In this document: positions 41,326 through 52,434 of the stretch, in pieces
Layout of the letters: each line of letters opens with the position of its first letter
Position numbering within the stretch: the first letter of the stretch is position 1
Assembly: GCA_943371805.1 (NCBI GenBank)
Contig: CALRWH020000001.1
Location: 1-57,244, forward strand
Length of the DNA stretch: 57,244 nucleotides
Direction of reading: 5' to 3'
From: Pseudomonas synxantha
GTDB lineage: Bacteria > Actinomycetota > Actinomycetes > Actinomycetales > Microbacteriaceae
Made by a program: the position numbers and the translations under genes
Notes under the pieces: generated by a model
Database searches by the model: none
The model's input: the letters and a program-made list of their open reading frames with translations, nothing else
Told to the model about the DNA's origin: nothing

Positions 41326-42078
41326 TCAGGCCGCGCGGCGGGCATACACGGCTCGGATCATGAGCCACGTCACCCACAAGACGGCGGCGTAGAGCGGCAG
41401 ACCCATGAGCAGCTTTGTGGCCGCCAGTGCGGCGGCTTGCTCGGCGATATACAGCGGAACCTGAACGGCGAGTCGAAGAGTGAAGAGCGCGACCCACAGC
41501 CACGTGGTGACCGTCAACACGGTGCGCTTGGCACTGTCAGCTCGCCACTCGTGGTCTCCCGTTAGCAGAGCCGTGATGACGCCAATGAGAGGGCGTCGCA
41601 CCGCAAGGCTGATGAGGAGGGCGACCAACCAGACACCGTTGATGACAAAGCCGAGCAAGAAGTTCTCTTCGGCACGCCCCGACCACAGGGCAAGCCCCGC
41701 CGACAACGCGATGCCGACAAGACCAATGGCGGCCGGAAGAATCGGCGATCGCGTCACGGCGCGCACGAGGACGAAGAGCACGGCGATGCCCACGGGAATC
41801 AAGACCGATGGCACGACGTCGGACGTGATCGTGTAGACCACCAGGAACAAGAAACCCGGCAGTAACGACTCGATGAGACCTCGCACCCCGCCGACCGCAC
41901 CCCACAGGTCGTGAGCTGTTGGGCGCTCGCCCGGCGCGACTCGGCCAAACCCCGACCGGCGGGCGGCAGCAGCGAAAGCTTCGCGCAGCTCGTCAGCGCT
42001 CGACGCGTTGCCCTGCGACGGGTCAGATGGCTGTCGAGATGCTGCGTCGTCCGTGCGACCGTCGACGTGTTCGCTCAT
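41326..42078 (-). CDS. DUF3159 membrane protein
   Basis: AVGGVRGLIES, RRPLIG, RLAVQVPLY, KLLMGLPL; conserved dut-DUF3710-DUF3159 order. Confidence 0.88.
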   Translation of the reverse strand: MSEHVDGRTDDAASRQPSDPSQGNASSADELREAFAAAARRSGFGRVAPGERPTAHDLWGAVGGVRGLIESLLPGFLFLVVYTITSDVVPSVLIPVGIAVLFVLVRAVTRSPILPAAIGLVGIALSAGLALWSGRAEENFLLGFVINGVWLVALLISLAVRRPLIGVITALLTGDHEWRADSAKRTVLTVTTWLWVALFTLRLAVQVPLYIAEQAAALAATKLLMGLPLYAAVLWVTWLMIRAVYARRAA

Positions 42079-42701
42079 GCTCCGGGCGCCGACGTCGTCG
42101 CGGCCTGGGCTCCCTGCGGCACCTGCAGAGGAATCAGATCACGCGGAGGCATGGGGGTCGTGCCGCGCACCACGACGATGCTGCGGAACACGTCATCGAT
42201 CGCCTGAGCAGCCTCGGGTTCAATGGCCCCGCGACCAGCGATCACGCCCCGCAAGAACCATCGCGGGCCGTCGACCCCGACGAATCGTGCGATGCGTGTT
42301 GCGCCGGCGTCTCCACCGGTCACCGGGATCTTGGCAACCACTTCACGACCGAACACACCGTCGCGCTCTTGGGTTTCTCCTCCCTGCGTTCGCAATTGCT
42401 CGATGATCTGCGCGCGGATCTCATTCCACAGGCCGCTCGTGCGCGGGGCTGCGAACGGCTGCACCTGCAGGGTCGATCCCGCGTAGTCAATGCTCACCGC
42501 AACAACGCGTTTCGTGCCTTCCTCGATTTCAAGCCGCAATTGCAAGCCTTCTCGCGGCACAAGCTTGACGCCCCCGAGGTCGACATAGGGGCGAACCGCG
42601 TTGGCCTCGCTCTCGTCGAGCGGGCCGTTCTCGGCGCGGTCGTGCGGTGCAGACTTGGCGTCTTCGGACAGCACTTCTTCACCCGTGAACGGATCGATCA
42701 C
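42075..42701 (-). CDS. DUF3710 protein
   Basis: GPLD, VDLGG, FAAPRTSGLW, FVGVDGPRWFLRG, VVVRG..PMPPR. Confidence 0.9.
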   Translation of the reverse strand: MIDPFTGEEVLSEDAKSAPHDRAENGPLDESEANAVRPYVDLGGVKLVPREGLQLRLEIEEGTKRVVAVSIDYAGSTLQVQPFAAPRTSGLWNEIRAQIIEQLRTQGGETQERDGVFGREVVAKIPVTGGDAGATRIARFVGVDGPRWFLRGVIAGRGAIEPEAAQAIDDVFRSIVVVRGTTPMPPRDLIPLQVPQGAQAATTSAPGA

Positions 42702-43159
42702 GCTGGGCCTCCTTCAGTCGGTTCCCCACGGTAGCCGGTCGAGCCAAACCCGCGCTCTCCACGGTGTGAACCTGGTAGCGACTCCACCGGAACAAAGTTC
42801 GCGCGCTCGACAGGCCACACGATGAGCTGCGCGATTCGATCACCCACTTCGATCGCGAAGGGCTCCGCCTGGTCGGTATTCAACAACGTGACCTTGATCT
42901 CGCCGCGATAGCCAGCATCCACCGTGCCCGGAGCATTGACGATCGTGATGCCGTGCCGTGCCGCGAGTCCACTGCGCGGAACCACGAAGGCCGCAAAGCC
43001 CTCTGGCAGCGCGATGGCCGTACCGGTGCCGACCGTGGCGCGCTGGCCGGGCTCGATGACGAGCGCTTCTGCTGAGCGCAAGTCGGCACCCGCGTCGCCC
43101 GGGTGGGCATAGGCGGGAACGGTTTCTCCCGTGATCAACACATCAACAGTTCGCGGCAC
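42698..43159 (-). CDS. dut: dUTP diphosphatase
   Basis: DAGADL, PRSGLA, GTVDAGYRGE, RIAQL, RGERGFGSTG. Confidence 0.97.
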   Translation of the reverse strand: MPRTVDVLITGETVPAYAHPGDAGADLRSAEALVIEPGQRATVGTGTAIALPEGFAAFVVPRSGLAARHGITIVNAPGTVDAGYRGEIKVTLLNTDQAEPFAIEVGDRIAQLIVWPVERANFVPVESLPGSHRGERGFGSTGYRGEPTEGGPA

Positions 43160-43191
43160 GCGTCGAGGCTAATGCATGGTCGAATGGAGCC

Positions 43192-43650
43192 ATGGAGTCG
43201 TATCGCGAGCGCCTGTGGCCTGCCCCATGGATCGGCCTCATTGCCGCCCTTGCCATTCCTGCCAGTCTGCTGACATTCGCCCCTATTAACGTCGTGCTGG
43301 GTGGCGTCGTCGGAACAGTGCTCGCGCTCGGGGTTGTTGGTGTCGCCGTCGCGAGTGCACCGCTCATCACGGTCAGCGACGGAATGCTCCGGGCAGGTGC
43401 TGCACGGGTGCCCTTGACACTCGTTGGCGACACAGAGGTCGCTCGCGGCGATGATGCCCGTCTCGAGCGCGGCCAGCGCCTCGATGCGCGAGCGCATCTC
43501 GTCTTGCGCCCTGATATCGCGCCCGTGCTGCGCGTGACACTGGTCGACCCTGACGACCCCGTGCCCTACTGGTTGCTCTCGACACGCAGGCCCGAAGCGC
43601 TCGCTGCCGCCATTGCGGCAGGGGCTGCCGTGTCACAAACCCCTAGCTAG
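43192..43650 (+). CDS. DUF3093 membrane protein
   Basis: YRERLWP, LRAGAA, DPDDPVPYWLLSTRRP; divergent from dut. Confidence 0.9.
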   Translation: MESYRERLWPAPWIGLIAALAIPASLLTFAPINVVLGGVVGTVLALGVVGVAVASAPLITVSDGMLRAGAARVPLTLVGDTEVARGDDARLERGQRLDARAHLVLRPDIAPVLRVTLVDPDDPVPYWLLSTRRPEALAAAIAAGAAVSQTPS

Positions 43651-43937
43651 TTGGCGCACTCCCGGCACACCGATCCGAGCTTCTCTTCGTGGTCGAGTTG
43701 CGAGCGGTGTTTCACCAAGAAGCAACTAATGCAGGTGAACTCATCAGCCTGAGCGGGCAGCACGACCACATCGAGGTCGAGATCAGCGAGGTCTTGGCCC
43801 GCAAGCTCAAAACCCGGGTTGTCGGCGTCATCAACGTCGACCACACCCGAAAGCTTGTCGGGCACGCGCTCCTGCAGAGCTTGGATCGAGTCGGTGTCCT
43901 CGTCCGTCTTTCGGGGGGCGTCGTAGTCCGTAGCCAT
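43647..43937 (-). CDS. DUF4193 protein
   Basis: MATDYDAPRK start, DEFTCISCFLVKHRSQL...CRECA zinc-ribbon-like end. Confidence 0.92.
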   Translation of the reverse strand: MATDYDAPRKTDEDTDSIQALQERVPDKLSGVVDVDDADNPGFELAGQDLADLDLDVVVLPAQADEFTCISCFLVKHRSQLDHEEKLGSVCRECAN

Positions 43938-44144
43938 GCCAGTCCACTTCTCATTCACACTTGTCAGCCGCGTTCGGCGGGCATAGTTTGCAGGAAGGAA
44001 AGGGGAAACGCAAACGCGCCTCGCGGCCCGTCTCGCAACCTGACTCCCCGCCCAACTTTCGGCACGCCCGTGGTATTCCCCCGGTCGCGCGAGTGGTCGT
44101 GGGATGCTGTGGCCAACAAACCCCACGACGAGAGGGTGAGAGCC

Positions 44145-45227
44145 ATGGATGAGCTCACAGTAATCGGCGCCGAAAACGGCGCCCTCGTCGTCGTCGCTGC
44201 CGACGGCACCCGTTTTCGCGTGCCCATTACCGAAGCCCTGCACACGGCTCTCCGTCAGAACCGACCAGCGGCACCCGCCGCTCACCGCGTCGGCCCGCGT
44301 GAGGTACAGGCCCTTATTCGCGAGGGTCTCACTGCCGCCCAGGTCGCCTCCCAAACCGGCGAATCGCTCGAATACGTGCAGCGATTCGAAGGCCCCGTGC
44401 TTGCCGAACGCGAGTATGTCGTCACGGCGGCTCGCGCCGTCGCCGTCGCGCTCGCATCGGACTCTGATGCGGGCACCGCAGGCACGTTCGGCTCGGCCAT
44501 CGATTATCGGCTTCGCGCCCTCGGCGCCCGCGACATCCGTTGGGAGAGCCGCAAAGCCGATACGCACTGGCTGGTCTCGATCAGCTTTCTTGACGGTGAG
44601 ACCGCTCGTACCGCCGTGTGGACCTTCGACCCCAAGAAGGCAACCCTGGTTCCGGCCAATCACGAAGCTCAGTCGCTGTCACAACAAGGCGACGCACCGG
44701 CCCCGATTATCCCCCGCCTTCGCGCTGTTCCGGCCGAGCCGGGAAACAACGGTCGATTCGACAGCGGCGCTTTCGCACCCGCGAGCGACCTCGGGCGAGC
44801 AGCGGCCTCACTCGAGCGCGGAGAGCGCCCCATCGCACGCATCGCTGAGGGCGACACTGCTGACACGCGCGACGTTGGAAACACAGCTGATCTTCTCGAA
44901 GCGCTGCGTCGACGTCGTGGCGAACGCGAGGCAGCGCCCACCGAAGAGTGGGAGAGTTCGCGCGCCGCGCATCCGTCGACCGGCTCTATTCGCATCGTCG
45001 ACGTGCCCATCGATCCTGCGCTCATGCGTGACGACAACGACAACGAGAACGACGGAATCGATGACCCCATCGACGTCGACGCGATCATCGATGACGCGTC
45101 GTTCACGGGCATCGACACCCCGCCATCGCCCGCGACGCCGACCAAGCCGGCACGTCGAGGGCGCGCAACGATGCCGAGTTGGGACGAGATCGTGTTCGGC
45201 GCCCGGCCCGACGACGACCCCGCGTAA
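44145..45227 (+). CDS. sepH: Septation protein SepH (DUF3071)
   Basis: PREVQALIREG, VQRFEGPVLAER, C-terminal RATMPSWDEIVFG. Confidence 0.9.
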   Translation: MDELTVIGAENGALVVVAADGTRFRVPITEALHTALRQNRPAAPAAHRVGPREVQALIREGLTAAQVASQTGESLEYVQRFEGPVLAEREYVVTAARAVAVALASDSDAGTAGTFGSAIDYRLRALGARDIRWESRKADTHWLVSISFLDGETARTAVWTFDPKKATLVPANHEAQSLSQQGDAPAPIIPRLRAVPAEPGNNGRFDSGAFAPASDLGRAAASLERGERPIARIAEGDTADTRDVGNTADLLEALRRRRGEREAAPTEEWESSRAAHPSTGSIRIVDVPIDPALMRDDNDNENDGIDDPIDVDAIIDDASFTGIDTPPSPATPTKPARRGRATMPSWDEIVFGARPDDDPA

Positions 45228-45260
45228 CCCACGGCGTCCCGTCAGCCGCGAGCTGACGCG

Positions 45261-46391
45261 TCAGGGGGCGAACGCACCCCACCGAGCGAGTGGCACCCGC
45301 AGTTCGTCGGATGCGAACGAGCCATGTTGGCCAACCATGGCCAGCGAACGCGGACTCGCGGTGCGGGCGTCGTAGTAGGCGACCTGGGATCGTGCTGCGA
45401 CGATGACATCGCCCATGCGCGACGCCACGCCGGGTGCCACCTCTCCGAACCAGCCCGCCGCGATCGCTTCCTCTCGCGTGACCACCCATGACCGCGAGCC
45501 CTCAGCATCGAGCCAGCGATCGCGCACGGCCTCTGCTTGCTCGGGGTCATCGAGCCCAAAGTGGCGACAGCGCGGTTCTCCCGCGACATGACGGATGCCC
45601 TTCCACAACGGGCTGTCACCCTCAACGACGAGCCGGCGATGGACGGGCACATCGAGCATCCCGTGGTCGGCTGTGAGGAGCACGCCAGCATCACTCGGAA
45701 GCGGGGTGTCGAGCGCACGCAGCGCCGCATCGAGTTCATCGAGCCGCTTCGTGTAGAGCTCTGAGCCCACTCCCTCGGCATGGCCCGCCATGTCAAGCTC
45801 GGGCACGTAGATGTACACGAGTCGTCGCTCTGCTCCCCCGAGTAAAGAGACGCCCCGAGCAATTCGCTCGGCGATCGAGCTCCGCGTTTCGAACCGAGCA
45901 CCGCGGAGCACTGCCTCGGTGAAGCCCGTGTCGCGATATCGCTCAGCCGCCACCACCACTGCGTCGACGCCGTGAGCGACGGCTCGTTCGAACACCGTTT
46001 CGTGGGGCTGCCACTCACGCGGGCGCATCGCGCTATCCCATCCCGTCAACTGTTTGACAACGCGGTCGCGCGCGCGGTCAAGAACGCTGTAGCCGACCAG
46101 GCCGTGTTGACCTGCGGGCAGACCCGTCGTGAGTGTCGCGAGGGCAGAGGCGGTGGTCGTCGGAAACCCCGACTCGATCGATCCCCCGCGCGATGGCAGG
46201 GCGGCGAGCAACCGTCGAGCGTGACCCGACCGTTGCTGCAGGGCTGACATTCCGAGTCCGTCGATGAGCACAACGGCCGCGCTCCGCACCGGGGGCAGAG
46301 CCAACCGGCCGGTCTCGCCCAGAATTGCGCCGAGCGCTCCTGTCAACACGTCGGCGAGTGACGAGGTCTCTGCGCGCGGCGCCGGTAGCAT
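45261..46391 (-). CDS. Alkaline phosphatase / nucleotide pyrophosphatase family protein
   Basis: [30 protein letters not shown]; ATG 46391 lies 7 nt after TAGGAT (alternative start 46400). Confidence 0.9.
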   Translation of the reverse strand: MLPAPRAETSSLADVLTGALGAILGETGRLALPPVRSAAVVLIDGLGMSALQQRSGHARRLLAALPSRGGSIESGFPTTTASALATLTTGLPAGQHGLVGYSVLDRARDRVVKQLTGWDSAMRPREWQPHETVFERAVAHGVDAVVVAAERYRDTGFTEAVLRGARFETRSSIAERIARGVSLLGGAERRLVYIYVPELDMAGHAEGVGSELYTKRLDELDAALRALDTPLPSDAGVLLTADHGMLDVPVHRRLVVEGDSPLWKGIRHVAGEPRCRHFGLDDPEQAEAVRDRWLDAEGSRSWVVTREEAIAAGWFGEVAPGVASRMGDVIVAARSQVAYYDARTASPRSLAMVGQHGSFASDELRVPLARWGAFAP

Positions 46392-46403
46392 GGGGGCCAT
46401 CCT

Positions 46404-48875
46404 ATGACTCCCCCTCCTGCCTCCCGATCCCGGGGCTCTGCCCCGGCCGACCCGCCCGTTGGCGAACGCATCGACGATGTTGATCTCGCCGATGAGATGC
46501 AGGGCTCGTTTCTCGAATACGCCTACTCGGTCATCTACTCTCGGGCTTTGCCCGATGCGCGTGACGGCCTGAAGCCGGTTCAGCGGCGCATCCTCTACAT
46601 GATGAGCGATATGGGCCTTCGGCCCGATCGTGGGCACGTCAAGTCGGCGCGGGTGGTCGGCGAAGTAATGGGCAAGTTGCACCCCCACGGCGACTCAGCC
46701 ATCTATGACGCCCTCGTGCGACTGTCGCAAGACTTCACGCTGCGAGTTCCGCTGATCGACGGACACGGCAACTTTGGCTCGCTCGACGACGGGCCCGCGG
46801 CGGCCCGCTACACCGAAGCCCGGTTGCGCGCCGAAGCAATGGCAATGGTCAACGACCTCGATGAAGATGTCGTTGACTTTGTGCCGAACTACGACAACCA
46901 ACTGACGCAACCGTCGGTGCTTCCGGCAGCGTTTCCGAATCTGCTCGTCAACGGGGCGAGCGGCATCGCAGTCGGCATGGCCACCAACATGGCCCCGCAC
47001 AACCTCATCGAAGTGGCGGCGGCGGCTCGTCACTTACTCGACAACCCGGGTGCCACGCTCGACGACCTGATGGCCTACGTGCCGGGACCTGACTTGCCCA
47101 CGGGCGGCACGATCATTGGCCTCGATGGAGTTCGCGAGGCCTACGCGACCGGCCGTGGAAGCTTCAAGACGCGTGCCAAGGTGTCAATTGAGTCGGTCAC
47201 CGCGCGCAAGACCGGCATCGTCGTCACGGAGTTGCCGTATCTCGTGGGGCCCGAGAAGGTCATCGAGAAGATCAAAGACGGCGTGCAGTCGAAGAAGATT
47301 GCGGGCATTAGCGACGTCACCGACCTCACCGACCGCCGCAATGGCTTGCGGCTCGTTATTGGCATCAAAACGGGCTTCAGCCCGGAGGCCGTGCTCGAAC
47401 AGCTCTACCGATTGACGCCGCTCGAAGACGGCTTCTCCATCAACGCTGTCGCTCTCGTCGACGGCACACCACAGACACTCGGGCTCAAGGAGCTGCTGCA
47501 GGTCTACATTGACCACCGTATCCAGGTGGTCACTCGGCGCAGCCGGTACCGCCTCGATCGACGCCGCGAACGGCTCCACCTCGTTGAGGGCCTCCTCATT
47601 GCCATTCTTGATATCGACGAGGTCATTCAGGTCATTCGTACCTCTGACGATGCCGAAGCCGCGCGCACGCGCCTCATGGAGGTCTTCGACCTCAGCGTCT
47701 TGCAGAGTGAGTACATTCTTGAACTTCGGCTGCGTCGCCTCACCAAGTTCAGCCGCATCGAGCTTGAGACCGAGCGCGACCAATTGCGCGCTGAGATTGC
47801 CGAGCTCGAATCGTTGTTGAGCGACCCCGCGCGCGTTCGCATGGTTGTCGGCGACGAGCTCGAGTCGACAGCCGATCGTTTCGGCACTCCGCGCCGCACG
47901 CTGCTGACCGAAGCGAACGCATCGATCGCCGCGCCGCGCAGTCGTGGTGCCGCTCCCGTGTCGCTCGAGATTGCCGATGCACCGTGCCGGGTGTTGGTCT
48001 CGACGACGGGCCGCGCCGTGCGCGTCGAACTGCCCGAGGGCGCCACGATCGCCGCCCCGACGCGGCGCAGCAAGCACGACGCCCTGCTCGGCGCCATCGA
48101 CTCGACAACCCGCGGCGAACTGGTTGCCATCACCTCGCGAGGTCGGTTCGTCCGTTTCACTCCCGTTGATCTACCGAGTGTCCCCGCAAACTCGGTGCAG
48201 CTCGCCGCGGGCGCAAAGCTGCGCGACTACCTCGGACTCACCGACGCGAAAGAGCGGGTGCTGGCCATTGCCGACCCCGCCAGCGAGGTGCCCATCGCAC
48301 TCGGCACGCGTGACGGCATCGTGAAGCGTGTTGCGCCCGGCGGCTGGCCTGCTCGACCCGACGGCGAGGTCATCGCGCTCAAGGCAGGCGACGAGGTTGT
48401 TGGCGCTGCCCTGGCCGACGAGAGCGCCGAACTTGTCTTTGTGACGACGGATGCCCAACTGTTGCACTTCGGCGCCGACCAGGTGCGCCCCCAGGGCCTA
48501 GCGGCGAGCGGAATGGCGGGCATCAAGCTCGGCGCCGGCGCACGTGCGCTGTTCTTCGGAGCCGTGGATGCCTCGACCGCCGAGGTTCTCACCGTCTCAA
48601 GCTCGACGCAGACCATCGCGGGCGCAGACCCAGGGCGCGCCAAGCTGTCGCTCTTCGAGCAGTTTCCGGGCAAGGGACGCGCAACGGGCGGTGTTCGCTG
48701 CCACGCCTTTCTCAAGGGCGAAGACGTGCTCCAGCTCGCCTGGGTCGGTGCGCGCCCACTCGCGGTCGGTGCCGACGGTTCGGCGCGAACTCTGCCGGCG
48801 GGCGGAGCCAAGCGCGATGCCTCGGGCAGCCTGCTTGACTCGCCCATCGGCTCAGTGGGCACGCCGATCGGCTGA
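46404..48875 (+). CDS. parC: DNA topoisomerase IV subunit A (GyrA-like)
   Basis: [26 protein letters not shown], catalytic AARYTEARL; no GyrA-box seen; next to parE and sigA as in other actinobacteria. Confidence 0.9.
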   Translation: MTPPPASRSRGSAPADPPVGERIDDVDLADEMQGSFLEYAYSVIYSRALPDARDGLKPVQRRILYMMSDMGLRPDRGHVKSARVVGEVMGKLHPHGDSAIYDALVRLSQDFTLRVPLIDGHGNFGSLDDGPAAARYTEARLRAEAMAMVNDLDEDVVDFVPNYDNQLTQPSVLPAAFPNLLVNGASGIAVGMATNMAPHNLIEVAAAARHLLDNPGATLDDLMAYVPGPDLPTGGTIIGLDGVREAYATGRGSFKTRAKVSIESVTARKTGIVVTELPYLVGPEKVIEKIKDGVQSKKIAGISDVTDLTDRRNGLRLVIGIKTGFSPEAVLEQLYRLTPLEDGFSINAVALVDGTPQTLGLKELLQVYIDHRIQVVTRRSRYRLDRRRERLHLVEGLLIAILDIDEVIQVIRTSDDAEAARTRLMEVFDLSVLQSEYILELRLRRLTKFSRIELETERDQLRAEIAELESLLSDPARVRMVVGDELESTADRFGTPRRTLLTEANASIAAPRSRGAAPVSLEIADAPCRVLVSTTGRAVRVELPEGATIAAPTRRSKHDALLGAIDSTTRGELVAITSRGRFVRFTPVDLPSVPANSVQLAAGAKLRDYLGLTDAKERVLAIADPASEVPIALGTRDGIVKRVAPGGWPARPDGEVIALKAGDEVVGAALADESAELVFVTTDAQLLHFGADQVRPQGLAASGMAGIKLGAGARALFFGAVDASTAEVLTVSSSTQTIAGADPGRAKLSLFEQFPGKGRATGGVRCHAFLKGEDVLQLAWVGARPLAVGADGSARTLPAGGAKRDASGSLLDSPIGSVGTPIG

Positions 48876-48891
48876 TCACTCAGCCCCTGGG

Positions 48892-50973
48892 CTACACGTC
48901 GATGCGGTCGCGGTCGAGACCCTGCCCGGCAATGATGAAGTCTTTGCGGGGGGCGACCTCGTTGCCCATGAGCAGTTCGAACATGCGCGATGACGCTTCG
49001 GCGTCGCTCACGCGCACGCGTCGCAGCGTACGGTGGGCCCGGCTCATGGTCGTGTCGGCGAGCTGATCGGCATCCATCTCGCCCAGGCCCTTGTAGCGCT
49101 GAATGGGGTCTTGGTAGCGCTTGCCCGCCTTCTTGAGCGCCGCGAGCACACCCTGCAGTTCTTTCTCGCTGTAGGTGTAGATCGTCTCGTTGGGCTTCGA
49201 ACCCGGATTCATCACGACAACGCGGTGCAGCGGCGGCACAGCGGCAAACACGCGCCCCTCGTCGATCATGGGGCGCATGTATCGGAAGAAGAGCGTGAGC
49301 AGGAGAGTGCGAATGTGCGCGCCATCGACGTCGGCATCGCTCATGATGATGACCTTGCCGTAGCGCGCCTGCTCGAGGTCGAAGCTACGGCCCGAGCCGG
49401 CGCCGATCACCTGAATGATTGATGCACACTCGGCGTTGCTGAGCATGTCACTCACCGAGGCCTTCTGAACGTTGAGGATCTTGCCGCGGATGGGCAGCAG
49501 CGCCTGAAACTCGCTGTCCCGCGCGAGCTTGGCGGTGCCCAGAGCGCTGTCGCCCTCGACGATGAAGAGTTCGCTGCTCGCGACATCGTTCGAGCGGCAG
49601 TCGACGAGCTTGGCGGGCAGGGCTGAGCTTTCAAGCGCGTTCTTGCGACGCTGTGTCTCTTTGTGTGCGCGCGCCGAGATGCGGCTCTTCATTTCAGCAA
49701 CGACCTTGTCGAGCACAAGAGCGGTCTGCGCCTTGTCATCGCGCTTGCTGGAGGCGAATCGCTCCGCGAGCCCGCGAGCGATGACGTTCGCGGCGATCGC
49801 ACGCACGGCGGGTGTGCCCAGGATCTCTTTCGTCTGACCCTCGAACTGCGGTTCGGGCAAACGAACCGTCAACACGGCGGTGAGCCCCGCGAGCACATCG
49901 TCTTTCTCGAGCTTGTCGGTGCCGACCTTGAGGCGCCGCGCGTTCTTCTCGACTTCGGCACGCAAGAACTTCAGCAGTCCCTGCTCGAACCCGAGCTGGT
50001 GGCTGCCGCCCTTGGGGGTCGCGATGATGTTGACGTACGAGCGGAAGGTGGTGTCATACCCCGTCCCCCAGCGCAGGGCGATGTCGACGACACACTCGCG
50101 CTCGACCTCGGTCGGCACCATGTGTCCGTTGTCTTGCAGCACGGGCACGGTCTCGGTGAACGTGCCGCTGCCCGTGATGCGCCAGGTGTCGGTGAGCGGG
50201 GCATCCGGCGCCAAGAACTCGGCGTACTCACTGATGCCACCGTCGAAACGAAAAGCCTCAACGACGGGCGTTTCTCCACGATCGTCGGTGAGCTCAAGCG
50301 TGATGCCGGGCACGAGAAAAGCCGTCTGCCGCAACCGGCCGATGAGCTCTTCGGTCAGAAAGCCGGCGCCCTTGGTGAAGATCTGCGGGTCAACCCAATA
50401 GCGAATACGGGTTCCTGTGACTCCTTTCGCGACCTTGCCGACTTTGCGTAGCTCACTGCCCGAAACGAACGGTGAGAACGGAGCATCGGGCCGCGGGCCG
50501 TTGGCATCGTCATCAAAAACCCCGGGCTCGCCGCGGTGAAACGATATCGCCCAGGTGATGCCATCTCGATCGACCTCAACGTCGAGTCGTTGGCTGAGTG
50601 CATTGACGACCGATGCCCCCACACCGTGCAGACCGCCGGATGCGGCATACGACCCGCCGCCAAACTTTCCGCCGGCGTGCAGCTTGGTGAACACGACCTC
50701 GACGCCGCTCAGCCCGGTCTTGGGCTCGATGTCGACGGGAATGCCGCGCGCGCGGTCGCGCACCTCGACGCTGCCATCGGGATGCAGCCGCAAGTCAATC
50801 TGGGTGCCAAAGCCGCCCAGCGCCTCGTCGACAGCGTTATCGATGATCTCCCAGAGGCAGTGCATGAGCCCGCGTGAATCGGTCGACCCGATGTACATGC
50901 CCGGGCGTTTGCGCACCGCTTCGAGACCTTCGAGTACAGACAGGTGGCGGGCGGAGTAATCAGAGCTGGGCAC
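48892..50973 (-). CDS. parE: DNA topoisomerase IV subunit B (GyrB-like)
   Basis: VRKRPGMYIG, EIIDNAVDE, VEGDSALG, PIRGKILN, DADVDGAHI, QRYKGLGEM; GAAAGG RBS. Confidence 0.92.
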   Translation of the reverse strand: MPSSDYSARHLSVLEGLEAVRKRPGMYIGSTDSRGLMHCLWEIIDNAVDEALGGFGTQIDLRLHPDGSVEVRDRARGIPVDIEPKTGLSGVEVVFTKLHAGGKFGGGSYAASGGLHGVGASVVNALSQRLDVEVDRDGITWAISFHRGEPGVFDDDANGPRPDAPFSPFVSGSELRKVGKVAKGVTGTRIRYWVDPQIFTKGAGFLTEELIGRLRQTAFLVPGITLELTDDRGETPVVEAFRFDGGISEYAEFLAPDAPLTDTWRITGSGTFTETVPVLQDNGHMVPTEVERECVVDIALRWGTGYDTTFRSYVNIIATPKGGSHQLGFEQGLLKFLRAEVEKNARRLKVGTDKLEKDDVLAGLTAVLTVRLPEPQFEGQTKEILGTPAVRAIAANVIARGLAERFASSKRDDKAQTALVLDKVVAEMKSRISARAHKETQRRKNALESSALPAKLVDCRSNDVASSELFIVEGDSALGTAKLARDSEFQALLPIRGKILNVQKASVSDMLSNAECASIIQVIGAGSGRSFDLEQARYGKVIIMSDADVDGAHIRTLLLTLFFRYMRPMIDEGRVFAAVPPLHRVVVMNPGSKPNETIYTYSEKELQGVLAALKKAGKRYQDPIQRYKGLGEMDADQLADTTMSRAHRTLRRVRVSDAEASSRMFELLMGNEVAPRKDFIIAGQGLDRDRIDV

Positions 50974-51167
50974 GCCTTTCATCGTAAGCGGGCCAACCGA
51001 CGAGCCTCGGCTCCCACTCCGGCACTCACCAAGGTGACGCGACGGTGCACGACGGCGCCTACGCGTTCAGCGAAATCGAGGCGTATTGACACGGCATCGA
51101 CACAGGGGTGTGGTGCAATGGTGTCTTCGTGAGATTCGCGACGCCAACGGAGAGTGAGGGGCACCCC

Positions 51168-51386
51168 ATGACGCAGATCACCACCGAGAACCCGAGCGTC
51201 ATGACTGCGCCCTTGTCGGCGCTCGACCGCTGTGACAGCTGCGGTGCGCAGGCCTATGTGCGGGCCACCCTCGCGACCGGCGAGTTGCTGTTCTGCGCCC
51301 ACCACGCCGCTCGCTTCAAGGAGAAGCTCACGGGCTCGGCTCTCGCCTGGCACGATGAGACGGACCGCCTCACGGCTTCTGCCTAA
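51168..51386 (+). CDS. Small zinc-ribbon protein (DUF7455-like)
   Basis: LSALDRCDSCGAQAYV...ELLFCAHH (CxxC...CxxH); GAGGGG RBS; divergent from parE. Confidence 0.85.
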   Translation: MTQITTENPSVMTAPLSALDRCDSCGAQAYVRATLATGELLFCAHHAARFKEKLTGSALAWHDETDRLTASA

Positions 51387-52409
51387 GTGGCGGGCTCGCT
51401 CGGCTGGGGCAATCGCCTCCGATACTTGGTGCGTCGCGCGCGCGCGATCGACACCGCTAACCTGAGCCGGCTCGCAGGGCTGATTTCGCGATCGAGCGGC
51501 CGAGCGAGGCTGATCATCATGGCCGACATGCTGTGGGCCGCGGTACGCCACGAGACGGCGTTTCAAGACTATTTCGACTGGGATTTTCACACGCTGTCGA
51601 GTCGTGAGCGGCGAACGTTCATCACGCATCCCAAGTCGAACCATCTGGCTCTTCGGCTCAACGCCGTTGAACACCGCGCGACTTTTTCCAACAAGGCGCT
51701 GTTCAACGTGCGCTTCGCGCCGTTTTTGGGCCGAGAGTGGATCGACCTTCGCACGACAAGCGGTGACGAGCTCGCTGGCTTCTTCGCACGGCACGACCGA
51801 GTGATCGCCAAGATCGCCGACAGCCTTGGTGGCGATGGCATTGAGGCCTTCACGACAGCCGACATTGCCGACCAGGCTGCGTTTCGTGCCGCTCGGCTCG
51901 CGAATCGACAGGTGTTGCTCGAAGAGTTCTTGACGCAACACCCCGAGATGTCGCGCCTCAACGACTCCAGCGTGAACACCCTACGTATCGTCACCTATCT
52001 CGATGACGACGGGGCAGTGCACACCCTGGCGCGCGTTCTGAAGATGGGTAACGGCGGCGACGTTGACAACTTCAGTGACGGCGGCATGTACACGATGCTC
52101 GACGAGCACGGAGTGGCACACTACGCCGCCTTCGACGGCGATGGTGGCGTGTATACGGTGCACCCGCGATCGGGAACGTCAATCGTCGGCTTCGCGGTGC
52201 CGAACTGGGACGAGGTACACGCTCTCGTCGATGCGCTGGCGCGCGAAGTACCCGAGATTCGTTACGTCGGCTGGGACATCGCGATTACTCCGGCGGGCGC
52301 TGCGGTCATCGAAGGCAACTACAACACGGGCGTTTTCCAATTGAAGCCCACGGCGACCGGCGTGCGCGAAGGCCTGCTGCCCGTCTACCGGGCCGCAATC
52401 GGTTTCTGA
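51387..52409 (+). CDS. ATP-grasp ligase (ATPgrasp_ST / alpha-L-glutamate ligase-related)
   Basis: LLEEFLTQHP, SVNTLRIVT, VDNF..GG, VGWDIAIT..AVIEGN; GTG directly follows the upstream TAA. Confidence 0.85.
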   Translation: MAGSLGWGNRLRYLVRRARAIDTANLSRLAGLISRSSGRARLIIMADMLWAAVRHETAFQDYFDWDFHTLSSRERRTFITHPKSNHLALRLNAVEHRATFSNKALFNVRFAPFLGREWIDLRTTSGDELAGFFARHDRVIAKIADSLGGDGIEAFTTADIADQAAFRAARLANRQVLLEEFLTQHPEMSRLNDSSVNTLRIVTYLDDDGAVHTLARVLKMGNGGDVDNFSDGGMYTMLDEHGVAHYAAFDGDGGVYTVHPRSGTSIVGFAVPNWDEVHALVDALAREVPEIRYVGWDIAITPAGAAVIEGNYNTGVFQLKPTATGVREGLLPVYRAAIGF

Positions 52410-52434
52410 ACCGAGAGCGCTTAGGCCGTCCGCG

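Noticed and set aside
43689-44144. Long N-terminal extensions of the sepH and DUF4193 ORFs (also yebC, pdxT, rnd, fadB, sigA, phosphatase)
   Set aside because: ORF-finder over-extension; family-typical N-termini and RBS or -10 signals lie downstream
46404-50973. gyrA/gyrB assignment, or convergent orientation as an anomaly
   Set aside because: No GyrA-box seen, EGDSALG variant and proximity to sigA fit actinobacterial topoisomerase IV; convergent parE/parC is known in actinobacteria
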